A stretch of 64,000 nt of DNA from Felis catus (lineage: Eukaryota), in assembly GCF_018350175.1 (NCBI RefSeq), contig NC_058368.1:147190001-147254000 (forward strand), read 5' to 3'. The notes under the pieces were generated by a model. It was not told the DNA's origin. It made no database searches and saw nothing but the letters and a program-made list of their open reading frames with translations. Shown here in pieces: positions 53,622 to 64,000 of this stretch (the stretch's first letter is position 1; every line of letters begins with the position of its first letter). Position numbers and translations under genes: made by a program.

Positions 53622-55844
53622 TCAACCTTTCACATATAATGAAGTATTTCTAAGTTAAGGAGAAAAAAAATACCAAACATTTTTCAGGCTAGCTTAAGGA
53701 CAAATGCCTTTTTAAAAACTGGGTTTGGTATTACTAAAGTTATATATTCAAGCCTATATATTTGCCAGACACTCAGATCACAGGGTCACTGAATATAAGG
53801 GAATGATTCACCCAAACCAAAAAATGAACACTGGGTTCTTCATTAACCAAAGAGTTTCCCGGTATATAATACGTAAAACAAAAACACCCTTTCCTAATAC
53901 TAGATATTTATTTCTCCCTATCATTGAATCAAATCTTGAAGCATTGCTTCCACAGTTTTCCTGGTTACCTTTAGGTAAGAAAAATTTCTTAGCTTACTTT
54001 CAGTTAACAAACAAACAGTCATTTACATTTTACATACAAAACTAAGTTTGGTCTTATAGCATCTAAAAATCCATAATCATATCCACTTTGGAAATTTCTT
54101 CCCCAGATTAGGGGAAGGAAAGGAAATAAAAGGAAAGGAAAACGAAAGGAAAGCAAGGAAAGAACAGGCCCTCTCCTAAGACTAGCAGGGCCTGGGCAAA
54201 AGGGCAACTCTTTTACACGTGTAAATATTTAAAAGTTATAAATAAGGTTAATAAATCATGAAATTGTGTGTGTGTGCAGGTGTGTTTGTGTGTGTCTGTA
54301 TGTGTGTGTATTCTCCTACATTTCTAATAATGTGAAGGACTAGGTTTATATTTAGAACTCACAGATACCTCAGAGTTTCCTAAAACAATGTGAGGACCTT
54401 GGGGAAAAGGGCTTTCAGTCCACCCTTGTTAATGGGTAACCCAGCCCGAACATCCTCTTCGTCCAGTAGACAGCTATTCTATGGCCTATCACTTAGCTGA
54501 AGGGTGTGCACAATAGTAACTCAGTTCATCCACAACAGGGCAGATATGAAGAAGAGGCCCAGATAGGCCCTGGAAGTCAGCTTGGTGTCATTTGGACATG
54601 GTATCCTGTGGGGCCTGAATACCTTAAGCATGGCCTAGAAGGGGAAACCTAGATCTTGAAGGCGGGTGCGCAAGCTCCTTTGTGCCCATCAACTCCTTGC
54701 CCCATCCACGCCTTCGTAGAGTAGACAAGAGGAAAGTCTTCCTTGATGGTCAGGTTGAAAGGTGACACTGGTGACTAATGGATGTGTTGAATGTACCATC
54801 GTGGGTTCATTGTCTCCTGGGGCAATTTTGTGGGTTTTCTGAAGATAGCTCATTTCTGAGAAATGCCTTGTCTCAGCCGCCTTCTCTGACAGGTCACTAT
54901 CCTCTGCCTCTTGGTTCCCTGGGGACCACCACTCTGGGGAGCCAGGGAGATTCTCTGGCCTTTGTCCTTGGGCTCCATCTCTTCTAAGATAACACAGCTG
55001 CTTGGTTTTGAGAGGTTCACATCGGGCCCACAGGAAATGCACACACTTTCCCTGCCATATCCTAAAAGTATAGTCTGCTGATCAAACAACTCCTTGCCCT
55101 TGCTCCATACTGCAGTTTCAGTCATAGCCTCTTGTTTTTGGACATGTCCAGGCAGGTGTGAAATCACCAGTGTGTATATAATTGCATACAAGAAGTCATT
55201 ACAAATAATAAAGGAAAAACTTAGTGTTTTATTTCTTTCTGATCTCCCATGGTCCCTTTTTCCTTTAACAGTAATAATGCACTTAATATCAATCATGTTT
55301 TTAAAAGGAAATATTTAAGGAAACAAGACAGTCTACTTTTAAATCCACCAAGACTCCCGAGTTCTGTACGTGAGGAAGCTTTCAAATAAAAGTTGGGCAA
55401 GAAATTTGAACCTTAAAGTGTGACTGTACTTTTGAATGACAAAACCAAATCATGTCCAAAGTCTCTGAAAAACAGAAAATGGCCAGGAGGTTCATTTAAA
55501 ATATATTCTCTGAACAATTTGAGAATGGCAGGTCATAAACTACAGCAGAAAGATAGCTGGCAATAAATATTTTCCTTCAATTCAATTGCCCTGAAAGAGA
55601 AAAAGACTATGGTCTCAGATAAAAATATCATTTACACTCTTAGAAGACTATACTCAGAAAAATTGAAATAAATTATGTTTCCTATGAGCATGATATATCA
55701 ATTAAAAATAGAGCCAATTAGGAGTTAAACTACTCCAAAGAAATAAAACAATTTCACATTTGTTTAGTTTTTGATATATGAGGCCATCCAGGAAAATATA
55801 TACTAAATGCCTTAAATGAGTTTATAATTTAAAAAGGCAATTGA

Positions 55845-56065
55845 GGGGCGCCTGGGTGGCTCAGTCGGCTGGGCGGCCAACTTTGGCTCAGGTCATTGAT
55901 CTCGTGGTTCTTGAGTTCGAGCCCCGCGTCGGGCTCTGTGCTGACAGCTCAGAGCCTGGAGCCTGTTTCAGATTCTGTGTCTCCCTCTCTCTGACCCTCC
56001 CCCGTTCATGCTCTGTCTCTCTCTGTCTCAAAAAAATAAATAAACGTTAAAAAATTAAAAAAAAA
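55845..56065 (+). mobile_element. CanSINE with perfect 15-bp TSD
   Basis: TSD taaaaaggcaattga at 55830-55844 and 56066-56080. Confidence 0.96.
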
Positions 56066-56971
56066 TAAAAAGGCAATTGATAGTCCAGAAACTTTTAAGT
56101 CCAGACTTAAAAGATTAACCAGAGATAACAGTCATCCTGAGTCAACCCAGCTATATAATTATGGTAATGTTGGCAGTAATGCATTAACATGGACATTGTC
56201 ATCTTTTACAGAGAGAAAAAGGCACATGGCAAATTTCAGCAAAAAACAAAAACAAAAACAAGAAAAAAAAAAAAACACATGAAACCCAACAGCAACAACA
56301 GGAAAAAGAAACCACAACTAAAATTAAAATCCATGTGTATAGATTTGCAAATATACAATGAATTTTATCCTAAGTGAAGACACAAAAAACAATTCTGAAA
56401 AATGCTAGCATAGTATTGTCACAAAAATGGTATCTTATCAACTTCGAAGTGGACTCCATGGGCTACTCTATTCAAATATGATGAGTCATTTATATAGCTC
56501 CATAGAAATTTGGAGTAATTTCCCAACCTCCACAAAAGGATGATTTGGACCCTGAAGCTGGCCTTAAGGGATTTATCTTTACCGTTGGACATGTTGTACT
56601 GTGTTTGTTGTTCTCATTGTATATGCAGAGGCAATTGAGAAGAATTTGGAATATTATTTATTTTTAATATGTACTCTGATTTTCCCCCAAAAGCAGTTGA
56701 AACAGCTTGCAGTAAAATCTCTACACATTAAGGAAGTTAAAAATAAAAAGAGGTATCTAAAAGCATATAGCAGAATGGGAATAACATGATCCTAGGATGG
56801 AATACTTACTGGATTTGAACATTAAGTTTGTCTATGTCAGATAAGCAAAATAGCTTCTATAGTTCTCAGTACCTGATAACACCGAGCAAAACTGTACCTC
56901 AGAAAAAAGAAATATGTACTTCCCCGAGATTATATAAAATGTATAAATAATACCCTGATATTAGATATCTT

Positions 56972-57660
56972 GTCATTCATTCAACAAATATTTATTGTAA
57001 ACCTACTAGATTTAAGGGATAAATTGGTATATAAAATAAGCACATAACTCTTCCAAATTAGGTCAAATAACCCCAACAGGTCTAGTTCAAGAGACAGAAT
57101 GATTGCAATTGTCTCTGTTGCAATTCCCCATGGTTTTCTCTAGGTTTCTGTTTTGGTAGTCAAACAAGAAGCAAGTGTTTGCTGAGCTCTTACTAGTCAT
57201 TCATTTATCAACTGTATTTTGAATATCTGCAATCTGCAAGGCACAATTCTAGGTTATGATCCGGAATCCACGATGACTCAGGTGGACATTGTCTTTAAGC
57301 TACCCAGAGTGATGAGAAATACACAAATAAATACAAAAGAAGGTAAACCAAATGGAGAAATAACTGTCAATCAAGGTAGAAAGTAGCGTGGCTTTCTTGC
57401 TTACAGGAGTGGAAATCGTGAAGGGGCTCCTGGAGGATGTGCACCTGGTCTTATAGATGAGCCATAAAGGAAAGTTCTCCCTGTCAGGGAAAGCACATTG
57501 GTAAAAGCAGCACAATGGGCAATCAAGGGACACAAAGGAAAAAGAACAAGTGGCTAAGTGGGCGATGTGGTATTAAAAGAATATGGAAAAAAAAAAGTAG
57601 GGAAGTTAGTTCAGGGCCAGGTTTTGGCAAATGATAAGGTTCAACTTAAGGAGCTGTTGG
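56972..57660 (-). mobile_element. L2 fragments (two 3' tails at about 56972 and 57197)
   Basis: tcattcattcaacaaatatttattgtaaacctact and tcattcatttatcaactgtattttgaatatctgc, followed by an L2-like body. Confidence 0.7.
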
Positions 57661-58984
57661 CCCTAAATGTGTCTCTGTGTCTCTTATTGTGCAAAGGCTA
57701 GCAAAGAAGACATATAGCTAGACCCCTGCCCTCAAGGCCTTTATAATCTAATATGCACGTGGAAAGGCAAATGCAAGATCTTTGCAGTTAACTATTCTCA
57801 TACCTTTACCTACCAGATGATGTTGAATTCTATAAAGAAAGCAGCTATACAATTGGCACCAGTCCAGAAAGAGCATATTCAGAGTTGTCTGATGTGTGGC
57901 ATAACCACCATCTACTGTGCTTACCTTTTATGTGTGACTACAGGTTCTGAGGACCCATTTCTCCCAGAAGCACTCTCATGAGTGCTGCTGGCTCCTGTCT
58001 TACCATATTACTCTTGAAGGATTCACTGCCTAGGCTGTGAGAATGTGGGTCACCAAGGACCTCTTTTCAGTCTGAAGAGAGGCAGCATTAAAGCATACAC
58101 AACTGGGAGAAGGCAGCAGATAATGGACTGAGCTGGTAAGAATGTATATGAACAAAAGTGACTCGAAGGCAAAGAGTGGGCTGACTGCAAACCACAAATA
58201 ATGGCACAGAGTCTAGAAACAAAAGTGGCAAATGGCTCTCTCAATAATCTTGATGGGAAGCACTGCTCATCCCTCCATCTCTCAGACAAGGAAAGTCACC
58301 GGAGCAAGGCAACACTAAACTACTCACTATTTCTGGGGAGAATTTTAGGTGCTGAATCAATGCTTATATACAAGTATGTGTGGGTCGACTTTCCTCCTTT
58401 TGTGTTGATGCATTAAAATGAGCATATGAACAGATGAAAAGGATCCCTGAATTAATTTTCAACCTCACCCCAGCTGCCACTTCCATATTTACTGTTCACT
58501 TGAGCCCCACACCTTCTCACATCTCTACCTCACTTTAATTTCATCCATCCTCTCTCTTTTGCCTAAAGTTGAAAGTTTCCGTCTGAGCTTTCAATGCTAT
58601 TCTTGCTCTCCCACTCCCATGTTTTCCAGGTAATCGAGTTGAGCAAATTTAAACAAGCTTTTAAAATCATGTAACAATTATTAATCTATCATTTTTTATA
58701 TACTCCAGGGCTCACCAGAGCTTTCAAGAAGTTAATGAACACTGACCATCTCCAAAAGGAGGAAAAAAATGTACAGTGTTCCCAAACTTATTTGGTCACA
58801 GGACTTTCATTAAGATGAAGGAGTGTGTTTATCCACAGTAACTTCATAAGCTATTGGAGGCATACACTGTTTTGCAGAGCTTGTTTGTTTGTTTTTTATC
58901 TTCACAAAGCCCAACATTATGGAAGACAGATATTAGTAGATGATACATTAACGGTAGATTGGTTAACAGATTAAAGTTGCAGTT

Positions 58985-59520
58985 ATTCACTTATTTATTT
59001 AACAAATATTTATTGAGAACCTACTATGAGCTTTTCAGGCATTGAAAAAGAGGAACAAGTAAACGAATCGAGTCTCCACTCTTAGGAAGCTTACTTTCCA
59101 GAGGAGATAAAAATAATAAAAAGTAAATACATAATATGTCAGGTGGTGTGGAGTTCTAAAAAATAAATGATAATATGATGAATGGGGATTAGAGAGAAGG
59201 TGAAGGAAGGTTTTACAATACCACATTTTATTCAAGCTGGTTGGAGAAGAACACTCTGAGAATATCACTTGTGCAAAGATCTGATAAGAAAGGGAGCAAG
59301 CCTCATGGTTATCTAGGAAGGAGAGGCTTACGTGAACACAAATGAAAAGTCCCCACACTGGAAGCAGCTTTGGCATGTTTGCAGAGAGCAAGGAAAATGG
59401 TGTGACCCAAGTGGAATCAGCATGATGGAACATGGTTGGGAAGATCCAAGATGGCAGGAACAGAACACGTTGGTCTCTTGGTTGCTATATGAGGTTGGAT
59501 TCTACTCCAAGTGAAGTAGG

Positions 59521-59564
<44 letters not shown>

Positions 59565-59760
59565 GTGGTGTTGTACCCAGAAATGCCCTAATATGAGTTG
59601 TGTTTTAAGAGGATCACTTTGGCTGTTGTTTTAGAAATACACTAGAGACAAATGTAGAGATAGCACAATCATTTGAGTACGTAATAATGGATCATAGTGC
59701 CATAGAGAAAAAAGTGGAAGTTTAGGAAGTGATCAGAATCTGGATATTTTGGTCTTTAAG
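58985..59760 (-). mobile_element. L2 fragment containing (GT)n at 59525-59561
   Basis: attcacttatttatttaacaaatatttattgagaacctactatg...ttttaagaggatcactttggctg...cagaatctggatattttgg. Confidence 0.8.
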
Positions 59761-59993
59761 TAATCACAGAGCATACAGGAGACACTGAGTACAGACAAAT
59801 CTTCTAAGGAGTTTCACTGAAAACCAAACAATTGGAAAAATAGCACTGACATGTTTTCATTCTCTCTCTCTCCCTCTCTCTCTCTCTTTCTCTCACCCAT
59901 TCTCCCTCCTTCCCTCCACCCCCTTCCTTGTTTACCTCTCTCTCACCCCAGCTATTAAGAAGATACACACTCTTGATTACAAGACTTTGCTTT

Positions 59994-60208
59994 ATTTATT
60001 TATTTATTTAAATTTTTTGAACGTTTATTTTTCAGAGACAGAGTGTGACTGGGGAGGGGCAGAGAGAGAGGGAGACACAGAATCCGAAGCAGGCTCCAGG
60101 CTCTGAGCTGTCAGCACAGAGCTTGTTGCAGAGCTCGAACCCACAAACCATGAGACCATGACCTGAGCCAAAGTCAGATGCTTAACCAATGGAGCCATGC
60201 AGGCGCCC
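59994..60208 (-). mobile_element. CanSINE (older member of a tandem pair)
   Basis: Diverged body flanked by aagactttgcttt and aagactttacttt. Confidence 0.94.
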
Positions 60209-60224
60209 AAGACTTTACTTTTTA

Positions 60225-60451
60225 CTTTATTTTATTTTTAAATTTTTTAACGTTTTTTATTTATTTTTGAGACAGAGAGAGACAGAGCATGAACGGGGAG
60301 GGGCAGAGACAGAGGGAGACACAGAATCTGAAGCAGGCTCCAGGCTCTGAGCCATCAGCCCAGAGCCCGACGCGGGGCTCGAACTCACGGACCGCGAGAT
60401 CGTGACCTGGCTGAAGTCGGACGCTTAACCGACTGCGCCACCCAGGCGCCC
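60225..60451 (-). mobile_element. Young felid SINE inserted at the older SINE's TSD
   Basis: CpG-rich body flanked by identical caagactttacttttta at 60208-60224 and 60451-60467. Confidence 0.96.
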
Positions 60452-60714
60452 AAGACTTTACTTTTTAAAGTAAACATCTATTGTTCCCATCCTCTCTGCT
60501 GCAAATTTAGCTCAGATAAAAATCAGTATTTACTTTAGTTTTATTTTAGTCCCAATTTCTTTTACCATAATTAAGGAAAAAGTATTTTGAAAACCAGTCA
60601 TGTTTATGAAGGTATAGAACTAGGTATAGAACTTCTAATTGTATGTAACATTGTATACTTTAAATTGCCTGGATATCATCAATCTGGACCTAAAAGAAGG
60701 CTAAGGGCCCAGAT

Positions 60715-60835
60715 ATTTCCATTTTACGCATGAGGAAGCCAAGGCTCAGCATAATCATTGGTTCAAGTTGATATGACTTGTTAACAACATATAAGAAATC
60801 AAAGCTTGGGTCTCCTCTACAGTGAATTCTCAACC
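60715..60835 (-). mobile_element. MIR fragment
   Basis: tttccattttacgcatgaggaagccaaggctcag. Confidence 0.65.
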
Positions 60836-60872
60836 TGCTTCATGCCATCCTTCTTTCAATAAACTATACTCA

Positions 60873-61105
60873 GGGGTACCTGGGTGGATTAGTCAGTTAA
60901 GCACCCAACTCTTGATTTCGGCTCAGATCATGATCTCATAGTTGTGAGATCCCAGGTCATGATCCAGTCATGAGATGGAGCCCCACATCAGGCTCCGTGC
61001 AGACAACACGGAGCCAGCTTGGGATTCTCTCTCTGCCCCTCCCCTGCTCACACTTGCTCTCTCTTTTTCTCTCAAAATAAATAAACATTTAAAAATAAAT
61101 CAATA
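60873..61105 (+). mobile_element. CanSINE with internal duplication and 15-bp TSD
   Basis: TSD aataaactatactca at 60858-60872 and 61106-61120; tcatgatc...tgagat segment present twice. Confidence 0.94.
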
Positions 61106-61632
61106 AATAAACTATACTCATTTTGTTTGGAAAGAGTCACAAGCAAATCATTTACTTATCACTAAAAGGACCCTTTTTTATATATGGTTGAGGGGAAGAA
61201 GTTACATTTAGAAATGTTCTCATTTAAGATGTTATCTTATAAAATGATTACAACTTCCTGAATATCCAAGGATAATTTATTTCCAAGGCATATATTGCCT
61301 TAAATTTTTCTAAGCTTATAGGCTATGGCTTGATTGCAAAATCAACCGGGAACTGTGAGAGCAAAATCAATCAAGATACATTTTAAAGGCTGATGTTAGT
61401 AAATATCCACTCAATGCAACTGTGATTTCCAGATTTACCAATGATGTCCTCTTTTTCAGAATCAGTATTATATTTTAGTATGTAATTATATTAGTGATGA
61501 TTTACATATCACTTCTATTATGTTTTCTTTAAAATATACTGAATCTGACCATTATGACTTAGCTAATGTGAAAGATAAATACATGTAAAGACAACCAATC
61601 TTATGAGTCCTTTAAGAATACCAAAATTCGGT

Positions 61633-61853
61633 GGGGCGCCTGGGTGGCGCAGTGGGTTAAGCGTCCGGCTTCAGCCAGGTCACGATCTCGCGGTCCGTGA
61701 GTTCGAGCCCCGTGTCAGGCTCTGGGCTGATGGCTCAGAGCCTGGAGCCTGTTTCCGATTCTGTGTCTCCCTCTCTCTCTGCCCCTCCCCCGTTCATGCT
61801 CTGTCTCTCTCTGTCCCAAAAATAAATAAAAAACGTTGAAAAAAAATTAAAAA
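61633..61853 (+). mobile_element. Young felid SINE (SINEC_Fc type) with 17-bp TSD
   Basis: TSD aagaataccaaaatt(c/t)g at 61614-61630 and 61854-61870. Confidence 0.97.
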
Positions 61854-62149
61854 AAGAATACCAAAATTTGAAAATTTATTATCTTAAGTAAACATCATGT
61901 ATATTAAAGGCATTGATTATATGTGTGTTTGTACTACACATCTTTTTTCATCTTTAAAAGTTTAGATTCTATGCTAGTGATGCTGTTAAAAGCTAGAAAC
62001 AAATGTCAATAATATTGCATACTGGAAAATGTAACAGTGTATTATACAGCCCCAGTCTATGGCAAAATTTAAGTGAAAAAAGTTATAATGTTACTGAAAT
62101 TCACTGGCAAAAAACAAATATTTATGATCCTAGTGGAATCCACTTCAAA

Positions 62150-63580
62150 CCAGTTTCCAAATCTGAACACTGTTTAGTTCTTCCCATGTCCTCAATACCA
62201 CCTCAGTCCAAGCCACCATCATCTCCCAGCTGGTCTCAGCTGTTCCACTCTTGCCTCCAACACAGCCTGTTCATCAACAGCCAGAGGTACTCTCCAAACA
62301 GAAGTTAGTTAGCATACTTTTTATTGCTCTTCACCCTCCAAAGATGCCCTTTCACAATTATAAATAAAGTAAAAAGTCCTTCCTCTGGCTTATCAGGCCC
62401 TACATAATCTGACCCTTGACTACCTCTCAGGCCTCTTTTCCACCCGTCTCCTCATTGTTCACCATACTCCAGGTATATACCCTTCTTAAGACTCTAGCAT
62501 TTACTATTCTCTGTTAACTTGCCTAACCCCCTAACTTCATTTACAGCCTCCACAGAAAAGTTAGCTGCTGGGAGAAAACTTCCTTGGCCATGCTTTAAAA
62601 TAGCACTCAAACACCTCTGCTCTTTGTCTTTATCCTTATAATATGCATCAATACTTGATATTATATAGTGCTACATTAATCATTTTAATTGAAATTTTTG
62701 TTGACATAATTGTAAATTCACATCCATTTGTAAAAAAAAAAAAAAGAAAGAAAAAGAAAAAATACAAAGAAATCCCACGTACATTTTACCCAGTTCCTCT
62801 CAATGGTTAATGGTTAACATTTTGCAAAACCATAATATAAAATCACAACTAAAATATTGACATTACTACATCAGTCTTATCCCTATTTCTCCAGTTTTGC
62901 TTCTACTCATTTGTTTAAGTGTAAGTAATTCTATACAGTTTTATCACATATGTAAGTTTGTGCATCTATCATCCCAGTCAACATACTAAAGAGTTCCAAA
63001 AACCACGAAAATACCTCATATCCTTTTATAAGCACATCCATCCCCCTCCCTTCTTCTCTAACACTTGAAAACTACTAGTCTGTCCTTTGTTTCTAAATGC
63101 TTGCTATTTCACAAAGGTTATATAATTAGAATCATCTAGTATGTATTCTCTTGGGACTGGCATTTTTTCACTCAGCTTAATTTCCTGGAGATTTATCTAA
63201 GTTATTGGATGTGTCCGCAGTTGCTTCCCCTTTATTGCTGAGTAATGTATGTACCACTGTTGGTTTAACCATTCACCTGTTGAAGAACATCTTGGCTGAT
63301 CCTATTTTTAGCTATTATCCATAAAGCTCCTAAGAACAACCACTTATATATTTTTGTGTGAACTCAAGTTTTCATTTCTCTGGGATAAATGCCCAAGAGG
63401 GCAATTGCTTGGCTATATGGTAAATGTATGTACCATAGTTTTTATTACCCATTTCCCCATTAGAATGGAAGTCCTATGATACCAGCGACTTGGTTGTTTT
63501 GGATGAGTGCTGTATCCTAGTGTCCGTAACAGTGCTTGGCACAGAGCAAGGAGTTAACATATATCTGTTGGATGAGTAGG
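62150..63580 (+). mobile_element. L2 element split by an L1 insertion
   Basis: L2 body 62150-62680 (cagtccaagccaccatcatctc, aggccctacataatctgaccc) and L2 tail 63440-63580 (ttagaatggaagtcc...aacagtgcttggcacagagcaagg). Confidence 0.75.
62685..63430 (-). mobile_element. Ancient L1 (L1M-type) 3' end nested in L2
   Basis: ttgacataattgtaaattcacat...ctggcattttttcactcagc...ttttcatttctctgggataaatgcccaagagggcaattgcttggctatatggtaa. Confidence 0.85.
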
Positions 63581-64000
63581 CTTCAGAGCCTTATGGAGCC
63601 AATGTGCACAGATGCTATTGCTTTTATAACTGATTAAAGCCAAATGAGTCTGCAAAAAGTCTCTCTGGGAAAAATGGTAGAGATGAGAATAAGAGAGGTA
63701 TGGCTATGGTGTCCCCTCAGGTGCCAGTTTGACCCTGAATGAAAGAGCTGTTAGGCTGAGCAGCTGTGTGTATAAAAGGATGTGTGAGTCTCTGAAAAAA
63801 AGTCACATGACTTTCCAGCCCCAAGGAACACAGAGTATCCCAATGTCATCAAAATGGCTGATATAGCCTCAGACCATGCACAGTTTCAAGGGCCTGGAGG
63901 GCCACCAGCAGAGGACAGAGTAGCCTACTTGTTAACAGTATTTTCAAGATGGGACCAAGCAGCAGAGTCAGGGAGCTTATATACTTTCCTAAGCACATGT

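Larger units (their letters stand above)
30503..64000 (-). other. EDIL3: EDIL3 intron upstream of the EGF3 exon (continues past the window end)
   Basis: Precedes the acceptor. I could not find the RGD-containing EGF2 exon in the window. Confidence 0.8.

Noticed and set aside
54500..55318. GC-richer block with overlapping 117-148 aa ORFs
   Set aside because: No recognisable protein; possibly an old LTR relic, but I cannot assign a family.
63640..64000. Possible LTR-like segment with a tataaaa motif
   Set aside because: Cut off by the window end; no diagnostic termini or TSD visible.

Overview
AT-rich mammalian genomic DNA from a felid (cat family), inferred from about 28 tRNA-derived carnivore SINEs (CanSINEs), several of the young felid SINEC_Fc type. 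The only protein-coding sequence I can support is one 114-bp minus-strand exon (30389-30502). It encodes the third, calcium-binding-type EGF domain of EDIL3 (Del-1); by my recollection of the human gene this is exon 5. The rest of the window is therefore the two flanking EDIL3 introns; I did not find the neighbouring exons. The introns hold CanSINEs (many with target-site duplications), degenerate L1, L2 and MIR fragments, a few hAT DNA-transposon relics and microsatellites. The listed six-frame ORFs look like chance or repeat-derived ORFs, and none contains the real exon in the correct frame. I see no evidence for a new multi-gene system. The best leads are near-identical inverted young SINEs bracketing a frame-symmetric exon, a SINE re-inserted into an older SINE's target site, a SINE orientation bias relative to EDIL3, and an orphan internal SINE fragment. 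Repeat family names come from recalled consensus sequences, and old-repeat boundaries are approximate.
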